Below, one piece after another: positions 57,558 to 64,000 of a DNA stretch of 64,000 nucleotides. The DNA is from Candidatus Dojkabacteria bacterium (lineage in GTDB: Bacteria; Patescibacteriota; Dojkabacteria; SC72; JAHDCA01), in NCBI GenBank assembly GCA_030583845.1, contig CP129478.1:779686-843685 (forward strand). The letters are read 5' to 3'. The notes under the pieces were generated by a model. It was not told where the DNA came from, did not search any database, and saw nothing but the letters and a program-made list of their open reading frames with translations. Both the position numbers and the translations under genes were made by a program. Every line of letters starts with the position of its first letter. Within the stretch, counting starts at the first letter, position 1.

Positions 57558-58100
57558 TTACAGGTTCTCAGCGTCTACGCCAGTAAGCTTGGTAAATTGC
57601 AGCACTGCCTCCTCAAACTCTATACCATCTGATACCGCTAGCTCACCTGCGATATTGCCAATAGCAGTCTTCATGCTCTTCGAGATGCTCACAGGGATCA
57701 ATCGGCCCTCTTTCTCACGAACCTTGATGACATAGTTACAATACTGGATTGCTTTGATAAATGACTCAATCGAAGCCTCCTCTAGGAGTGTATCGATCTC
57801 GGTAATGATATCGTTGTAATCCTGGCTTGGTGGCTTAAGATTAGGGGTCTTCTTTAGAGGTTTAACCTTCTTCTTGATCGACGCAACTGATTCAACAGGA
57901 CGGACGCCCAGCATTGCGATGTTCTGAACTGGTGTGGAAATTGTAAGTGAGCTATTAACGAACTCAAATTCGTAATATCTCTGCTTCTCGCCGCCGAATT
58001 CTATCATCCGCTCGCGGACTACATGGCCTGCGCCGTGTGATGGGTAGAAAACTTTGGAATTTATGTCTATTGAATGCTCCGTGTTCTTTGCCTTCTTCAT
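57558..58100 (-). CDS. CarD/CdnL-family RNA-polymerase-binding transcription factor
   Basis: The N-terminal RNAP-interaction domain is VFYPSHGAGHVVRERMIEFGGEKQRYYEFEF..., a CarD_TRCF-like Tudor fold, with a helical C-terminal domain. Confidence 0.65.
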   Translation of the reverse strand: MKKAKNTEHSIDINSKVFYPSHGAGHVVRERMIEFGGEKQRYYEFEFVNSSLTISTPVQNIAMLGVRPVESVASIKKKVKPLKKTPNLKPPSQDYNDIITEIDTLLEEASIESFIKAIQYCNYVIKVREKEGRLIPVSISKSMKTAIGNIAGELAVSDGIEFEEAVLQFTKLTGVDAENL

Positions 58101-58246
58101 TATCGTAGATTATAACACAAAAGAAAGCTTATTGCAATAGGATTTTGTGTGTTGCGCGATCCCTTTGTTCAGTGTACACTGGATTAATTTGGATTGCAAA
58201 TAATCGATTGTAGCAGTAGGGATAATCTTAGACTGAAGAGTTTAGT

Positions 58247-60190
58247 ATGAGTGGAAATACAATCACGAGTCAAGAAGGCGAGAGGTCCGAGGCAGGTCAA
58301 AGCAATGGTATTAGTGCAACTCTGTCTGAAGCCGCACGATCTTATTCTGGTAATGACGAAGATAGGTTGAATATAGGAAAGATTTATGAACAGATATATG
58401 GTGGAAGCGACGCTGCACCTAAGGAAGAGCTACTGTCAGTTAGGACATATAACAGTGTGACTGCTTTAGCAACAGTATTGCAAGAGTGGTATGCGTTAGC
58501 GGGTGACGTACAGCCACCTCACCCTTCTAGAGATGAAATCAATAAAAAGATGGCTGATCAAAGCAATCGGCTTTATGCAGCAATGCTGGTGGAAGTAGAA
58601 GAAGGCTCGGCTGAAAGGAGGCTTCTGGAGTCAGCGCTAAAAAGTGCGAGCACTTTGGATGGTGAAACGGAGCAAGAGGTAGTCTCATCAGCGCATAAGA
58701 GTGTAAATACTGCTCGTGACAAGGCGATAGCTGAGTTACGTCAGGCAAAGGAAAACGCCACAAAATCACTTACAAACAAAGAAGTGCAGTATAGAGAATT
58801 GGAGGAACGTATGTCTCGGGTTATAGAAGATAGGGAGGCGGAAGATGGTACAATACCGAAAGTTAGCGAGCTAGAGGCAGAGACCAGAAGGTATGTAGAA
58901 CTCTCTCAGCAGGTTCTCCCACTTCTAGTTAATTCTGATCTCTCAGATCAGCAACTGTCCCAAGAGATTGACTTGAAAATTCAGGATATCGCTTTAATGC
59001 CTACCGTACCTGAAGGTACTTCCCCACTTGATACTAGGAAGTTGCTTTTAAATTATATCTCTCGCGTTGGTCTCGAATTAGATGATATTACAAGCAAGTT
59101 AGAAAGTGACAAAATCAGCTGGACTGGCAGTAATATTCGTGATGCAATAACTCAGCATAGATCTCAAAGCCAATTGCCAGGATTACAAGATATTTGGGGA
59201 GTAATTTCAGCGTATGAAACCTCGAAAGCCTTATTTGACAGTAGAATTTCTGATGAGACATCTGTTTTACAAGAGATCCTTGTAGAATTGGGGCTGAGTA
59301 GAGAAGATGTACATGGACTAACAGTTGGTAATCTTGCTGCTCTCGATGGTTGGATAACATCACTAGGGGGTATGGAGATTTCTGCACCAGATCCAGTTCA
59401 TGTAAATAGAATCCTTGAAAGTAGGAGACAATTAAACACCTTTGCTTCAGATCAGCAAGTTGTATCTGAAACGAAGGTGGCAGGAGTCGAAGAAAAAGAA
59501 CAGCAGATAGCCCACCTAGCGTATGATGCTCTGGTTGCGGTGGAGAAAGATCTTGAGCTGAAAGAGAAAGTAGCTCGACAAGAGGCAGCAAATGCGGACC
59601 TTCAGAGACAAATTTTAGAACTTCAAGCGCAGCTTGCTGCTTCAACTGCTCAGATTGCCGATCAAGAGGAGACAATAGCGAATCTCACAGCGCGACTAGA
59701 GACACTTCAGAGTGCACCGGCAGTTGTGAATGGGCAAGTTACCCCGGACGCCAGTTCAGTTACCACAACTGTTACTGCAGGTGAACTAACACAGGATGAG
59801 GAAGCAGCTCTGCAAGATCTCAAGGCGAGGATGGAGAATCTAGGGATTAATACCCTTACCGCGCCTGTTACGCCCTTCGTGGATGTAATCAAACTCCTTG
59901 GACGCCGAAGTGAGCCATTATATGTAGTCTTGAGCAGTAATGGCAATTCTGTACAAATAGATTTGGTAAAGGTCGCAAAATTTGTTGATCGAATCGTGTC
60001 TAATGATCGTGTCAACTTGTCTAATTATGTGGGGCAGTATAGCATCCAAAGCAAGCAAATAGTGCAGAGTCTGATAGGTGACCAAGAATTGTATACAATC
60101 CAAGGAAGTGAGGGCTACAACCCACCGCAGATCTACACATTCGTTTATTACCTCATCCAAGGCTATGCGAAGCGTGTCGGAAAGATTTAA
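58247..60190 (+). CDS. Large coiled-coil hypothetical protein (647 aa)
   Basis: It has long heptad-like stretches (e.g. ELQAQLAASTAQIADQEETIANLTARLETLQ) and no enzymatic motif. Confidence 0.4.
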   Translation: MSGNTITSQEGERSEAGQSNGISATLSEAARSYSGNDEDRLNIGKIYEQIYGGSDAAPKEELLSVRTYNSVTALATVLQEWYALAGDVQPPHPSRDEINKKMADQSNRLYAAMLVEVEEGSAERRLLESALKSASTLDGETEQEVVSSAHKSVNTARDKAIAELRQAKENATKSLTNKEVQYRELEERMSRVIEDREAEDGTIPKVSELEAETRRYVELSQQVLPLLVNSDLSDQQLSQEIDLKIQDIALMPTVPEGTSPLDTRKLLLNYISRVGLELDDITSKLESDKISWTGSNIRDAITQHRSQSQLPGLQDIWGVISAYETSKALFDSRISDETSVLQEILVELGLSREDVHGLTVGNLAALDGWITSLGGMEISAPDPVHVNRILESRRQLNTFASDQQVVSETKVAGVEEKEQQIAHLAYDALVAVEKDLELKEKVARQEAANADLQRQILELQAQLAASTAQIADQEETIANLTARLETLQSAPAVVNGQVTPDASSVTTTVTAGELTQDEEAALQDLKARMENLGINTLTAPVTPFVDVIKLLGRRSEPLYVVLSSNGNSVQIDLVKVAKFVDRIVSNDRVNLSNYVGQYSIQSKQIVQSLIGDQELYTIQGSEGYNPPQIYTFVYYLIQGYAKRVGKI

Positions 60191-60227
60191 TGAAACCCCT
60201 ACACTGATTTAGGTGTATAATCCCACC

Positions 60228-61214
60228 ATGAAAATCACAATCATCGGTGGAGGCACAGGAAGCTCCGCTGTCCTCAACGGCCTCAAGAAATACCCCGATC
60301 TAGACCTAAATGTAATAGTCAGCATGGCCGACGATGGTGGTAGTAACGCTGTAATTCGCGACGAGTTCGGTCTCCTTCCTATGAGCGATCTGCGAAAGTC
60401 GATAATCTCGCTCTCAGAGCTACCAAATAACGACAAGTTGCGTGAGCTTTTTACATACAGATTTGCAGAAGGGGATGGGTTAAGGGGACATACATTGGGC
60501 AATCTTATGATGATTGCGGCTAATTCAATCAATGGCTCCGAGAAAGAGGCGTTGGAGTATATCTGTGAGATATTTAGAGTTAAACATAATGTTATACCTG
60601 TGACATATTCTGACTCGCGATTATTTGCAAAGTTTTCTGATGGGTCGCAGATTAAAGGTGAGCACCTGATTGATGAGCCTGAAATAGCTGATGGTGTTAA
60701 GCTTGTGGAGTTTTGGATGGAGCCAAAGTCTGAGGCCAACCCAGACGCTGTGAAGGCAATCCAAGAGGCAGACTTCATAATAGTGGGTCCAGGGGATCTT
60801 TATACAACCACTTTAGCCAATATAATTGTAGATGGGATTGTTGATGCCATATGCAAGTCGAAGGGGAAGAAAATCCTGATTACAAATATCATGAGCAAGG
60901 TGGGCCAGACTAAGGGTATGAAGCAGTCCGAAATTGTCGCAACATTTGGCAAATATTGTAAGTGCAAATTCGACTACCTGTTGGTCAACTCAGAAAGCAT
61001 CCCCGATCGTGTCATTAGCTACTATAAAGAGCACGGCGAGCATCTGCTCGAAGATGATCTTGATGACTCTGTAGGCAAGATTATCCGAGCCGATCTTATT
61101 GCCGATGAGATCTTCGAGAGAGATAAGGGTGATGATCTGGTGAGAAGCATGGTGAGGCATGACAGCGACAGGCTCGGCTGGGAGCTGTACAAGCTCATGA
61201 AAGAGGGCCGCTAA
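60228..61214 (+). CDS. YvcK/CofD-family (UPF0052) protein
   Basis: ITIIGGGTGSSAVLNGL...VIVSMADDGGSNAVIRD matches the family. The start is taken at MKITIIGGG; the ORF is open from 60213. Confidence 0.75.
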   Translation: MKITIIGGGTGSSAVLNGLKKYPDLDLNVIVSMADDGGSNAVIRDEFGLLPMSDLRKSIISLSELPNNDKLRELFTYRFAEGDGLRGHTLGNLMMIAANSINGSEKEALEYICEIFRVKHNVIPVTYSDSRLFAKFSDGSQIKGEHLIDEPEIADGVKLVEFWMEPKSEANPDAVKAIQEADFIIVGPGDLYTTTLANIIVDGIVDAICKSKGKKILITNIMSKVGQTKGMKQSEIVATFGKYCKCKFDYLLVNSESIPDRVISYYKEHGEHLLEDDLDDSVGKIIRADLIADEIFERDKGDDLVRSMVRHDSDRLGWELYKLMKEGR

Positions 61215-61215
61215 C

Positions 61216-61270
61216 CCGACCACCCGACCACTTGCTTCGCAAGTGGGTCGGGCAAGTGGTCGGGGGTCGG
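61216..61270. terminator. GC-rich compound palindrome between convergent genes (likely a bidirectional terminator)
   Basis: CCGACCACTTG-cttcg-CAAGTGGGTCGG is followed by a second CAAGTGGTCGG arm. Confidence 0.5.
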
Positions 61271-61271
61271 A

Positions 61272-61874
61272 TTAGCTCATTTTCCTAAATCGCCTCAGCG
61301 GCAGCACAACCAGTGAGCCGAAAACCGCCATCGCGGCCGAGACATAGAAAAGATAGTTAAAATTCAATGTCTGGTAAACTATTAGTCCTATCACGGCGAT
61401 AAATACAGCGGTGAACGCTGTTAGCAGAGAATCATACACAGCATACTCTACAGCCTCTTTCCCTTCATCGAGTGAAGCTGCAAAGGTCTTCCTCCATGCT
61501 GGTAGGTTAATAGCTATGCCTAGACCGATCATTAGCTGCAGCACATAGTAGTGCCACGCCTCAGACAGGTAAGGGAAGAGCAGGTATGCGGCCACAATAA
61601 GCAAGCCGCCAGTCATTATTGCGTAGATCTCATCAGACATCCTTCTGTCTTTGTCGAGATACTTCGCCACAGGTGTTTGGCAGATAGATCGTACGAAGAA
61701 TGTTATCATCGCACCAATTGCGATCACCTTGATTGCCTCCACACCAAGCTTCTCTTCTACATATAGTGCGATTAGGAAGTTATTTGCCAATACTGTACTC
61801 CAGATAAATGTATCACTGGCCGTAAGATAGCGGATCTGCCTATTCAATATATTAATCGTAAGATGTCTCTGCAT
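61272..61874 (-). CDS. Polytopic membrane protein (6 TM, MFS-half-like)
   Basis: It is a hydrophobic helical bundle; I could not confirm any signature. Confidence 0.35.
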   Translation of the reverse strand: MQRHLTINILNRQIRYLTASDTFIWSTVLANNFLIALYVEEKLGVEAIKVIAIGAMITFFVRSICQTPVAKYLDKDRRMSDEIYAIMTGGLLIVAAYLLFPYLSEAWHYYVLQLMIGLGIAINLPAWRKTFAASLDEGKEAVEYAVYDSLLTAFTAVFIAVIGLIVYQTLNFNYLFYVSAAMAVFGSLVVLPLRRFRKMS

Positions 61875-61911
61875 TGCACTGGCCTCAGTTCAAGTAAGAT
61901 AAGGAACTTTA

Positions 61912-64000
61912 CTATATACTTTTTATCTTAATATCGTACTTCTTGGCAACCTCTTTGATTTTCTCTTCGTTGCCGATGATTGAAATTGGGTGACACTGCT
62001 TGTAACCCTGCTCAAATAGCTCTCCGAATCGCTTAAACGACTTTTCATCTGTTGCTAGCAATTCATCTAACAAACGTTGGCGATACTCAACAGTTGATCC
62101 TCGTAGGTGGCGAAGTGTGGAAATGAGGCCTCTTTCCAGAGGCTCGATATATGGCTCAAGGTCTGCATAACCGCTGATTATTGAGCCGTCAAGATCTTTT
62201 TGTGCGATTGCTGTTTTCTTGTAGTATTCAGAGATTCTCTTGTACACCTCGATGCTGTTCTGTATGTTTGGGTCGCGGTAGGAGGCAAGGCTGATTACTG
62301 GAGCGCCAGAGTTATACCTGATGATGCATCCGTAGGCTCCACCTTTTTGGCGGATCTCTTCCCACAGATATTGGTTGCGGGCTAGTATGTTGATAGCAAG
62401 CTGTGAGCCGGTGTACGACTTTAGATAAGCAACTGGCACCGAGATTGAGACATAGTTTACATTTGTCGGCAGCACGAAGGCCTCGTTTTCTTGTGCGAGA
62501 AGGAACTGTTTCTGGTCTGCGACCTTAAATTGCTCAGATGGTAGGCTGGCAGCCAATGTCTCTAGCTGCTTCACACTCCTGACCTTGTATTTCGCCTCCG
62601 TTGAGGTGCTGAGCAACTTACCTGATGCGCTTATGATCTTTGTATGGACACTTTCGAGCTGCTGCGAGATAGCCTCAAAATTTTTACTCTCTTCTATACC
62701 CTTCAAGAACTGCAATAAGCTGATTCCACTCATCAGCTCGTTTTTGGCGTGCAGGCCACTAAGCATTGCCGAAGATCTCATATACGAATAGAGATGTCCT
62801 GACTCCACAAGTGAATCTTCAAGCGACTGCGCTGATTCCTTCACTATCTGCATGATTCGCTCCTGGTCATTAAACTGGGTGTTCAACAAGATCTCTTTCG
62901 CTAGCTCTGCTGCTCTAGAGTCATTCTCCGGCAGGTAGCTCATGCTCAACGCCATCTTTGTAATAAGCTCGCCACTATCTACATGAGCGTAGGCAGAGGC
63001 TGTGAAATTTATGCTGCCCAGGTATGTGTCTAACTCATTTGAGAGCTCTTTGTATGTATAGCGCTCTGTATCAATTCGGCTCATGAGTAGCGTTAGAAGC
63101 GCCGCGTATTGGAGCTCGACTTTATCAAGCTGATTCATTTCGAAAAATATATTGGTCGTCACAATGCCATTTGTATGTTGCGGGTGGAAAAGCAGTGTGT
63201 AGCTGTCGCCTTCTGTTATCACCTCTTTCTCAATCTCACTAACAGTTGTAGGCAGGTCGCTGACCTTCAGCATTGGGAGTTTTTCAAGATCTTCTGCTGT
63301 ATCCTGTTTTTCTTGGAGCTGCTTTAGCTGCTCGGCCTCGTTTTTAATTTTATCCAGCTCTTCATTTGTGAGCTCCTTCTGAAGCTTTGCTAATTTCTCA
63401 TCTTCTTTTTGCTGCCTTGAAGACTGGTAAGTGGCATCAGGGTAGAGGTCTATACTGGCTTTGTGATTATTGTCTAGCAGCTGTTTCTGGATAACCTCTG
63501 ATATAATGCCTGGATTCTCTCGGATTGCTCTTATGTCATCTGCAAATCTTATCCCATCCAACGGATCCAGGTCGTAGTTCCATAGCGTTGAGGTTAGGTG
63601 TAAGAAGCTTAACGCTCGAGAGTCCCCTCGGTAAACTGCTTCCCTCCTGCGGAACTCGACTCGGTTGGTGGCTGCCAATGCAAGCTGTGGATCGATACTC
63701 TTGGCTAGTTTTGTGAGCTCTTCATTGATTATAAGGTCAGCCTTTTCGAAATCTTTTTCACCTAAGCCTTTCAGATAGACAAAAAAATATGGCTGATGAA
63801 TATCTTGCTCCAATCCCGTAGGTACGATCTCTTTGCACGACGTCTCTGCTAAGATTCTATGGCGAAGCTCAGATGAGTCGGTCTCAAGCAGCATGTACAC
63901 TAATATTTCCAGTGCCATACGCTCGGCGCTTGTTGGCTTGCTTAAGACCCAACTGTATACGGCATGATGATCAGTTTCTTTCTCGTCTTGAACGGGGTAG
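61912..64000 (-). CDS. M16C-family (PreP/pitrilysin-like) metallopeptidase, 5'-partial (continues past the window end)
   Basis: The middle and C-terminal M16C regions are present (e.g. EFRRREAVYRGDSRALSFLHLTSTLWNYDLDPLDGIRFADDIRAIRE...). The frame stays open upstream of the listed Met to nt 64000. Confidence 0.6.
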   Translation of the reverse strand, partial: YPVQDEKETDHHAVYSWVLSKPTSAERMALEILVYMLLETDSSELRHRILAETSCKEIVPTGLEQDIHQPYFFVYLKGLGEKDFEKADLIINEELTKLAKSIDPQLALAATNRVEFRRREAVYRGDSRALSFLHLTSTLWNYDLDPLDGIRFADDIRAIRENPGIISEVIQKQLLDNNHKASIDLYPDATYQSSRQQKEDEKLAKLQKELTNEELDKIKNEAEQLKQLQEKQDTAEDLEKLPMLKVSDLPTTVSEIEKEVITEGDSYTLLFHPQHTNGIVTTNIFFEMNQLDKVELQYAALLTLLMSRIDTERYTYKELSNELDTYLGSINFTASAYAHVDSGELITKMALSMSYLPENDSRAAELAKEILLNTQFNDQERIMQIVKESAQSLEDSLVESGHLYSYMRSSAMLSGLHAKNELMSGISLLQFLKGIEESKNFEAISQQLESVHTKIISASGKLLSTSTEAKYKVRSVKQLETLAASLPSEQFKVADQKQFLLAQENEAFVLPTNVNYVSISVPVAYLKSYTGSQLAINILARNQYLWEEIRQKGGAYGCIIRYNSGAPVISLASYRDPNIQNSIEVYKRISEYYKKTAIAQKDLDGSIISGYADLEPYIEPLERGLISTLRHLRGSTVEYRQRLLDELLATDEKSFKRFGELFEQGYKQCHPISIIGNEEKIKEVAKKYDIKIKSI

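Overview
The window reads as a gene-dense, low-GC bacterial chromosome segment. It is probably a reduced-genome lineage (Patescibacteria/CPR-like is an inference, not verified). Standard genetic code 11 fits: long ORFs stay intact with TGA as a stop.

The first ~14.6 kb is an accessory-looking cell-surface locus. It holds a 5'-partial giant FN3-repeat secreted protein followed by a MacB/FtsX-type ABC exporter on the plus strand. Converging on the minus strand is a second MacB/FtsX ABC module downstream of an operon of four secreted or anchored proteins. These are a 1315-aa internally duplicated giant protein, a LysM-bearing anchored protein, a 225-aa secreted protein that is a paralog of the giant protein's C-terminal domain, and an Asp/Gly-rich Ca-binding-repeat protein with a Cys-TM-RRRR tail.

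The rest is mostly housekeeping: typA, trxA, a tsaC-tsaE fusion with tsaD, pyrG, eno, rsgA, a two-component pair, trxB, rmuC, recA, sppA, recX, recJ, aspS, a DD-carboxypeptidase, gltX, a GH3 NagZ-like enzyme, a PAP2 phosphatase, a CarD-like regulator, a YvcK-like protein and a partial M16C peptidase. There are five tRNAs (Asp, Leu, Val, Ala, Gln), three of them next to gene fragments or a duplicated 3' end, which suggests old integration scars.

The signals I could not explain with ordinary annotation are these:
- An over-represented motif, AATTAATGAAAAT (core TTAATGAA), occurs in both orientations. It sits in-frame inside genes (four identical copies encoding I-N-E-N in tsaC-tsaE/tsaD) and as inverted pairs straddling stop codons.
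- Several families of palindromic intergenic repeats are present.
- Frameshifts are clustered, with five in the N-terminal half of aspS and single ones in an RND transporter, an SPFH protein and an acidic membrane protein. They sit mostly at short homopolymers, so assembly error and real pseudogenisation are both possible.

No rRNA, CRISPR array, transposase or integrase was seen.
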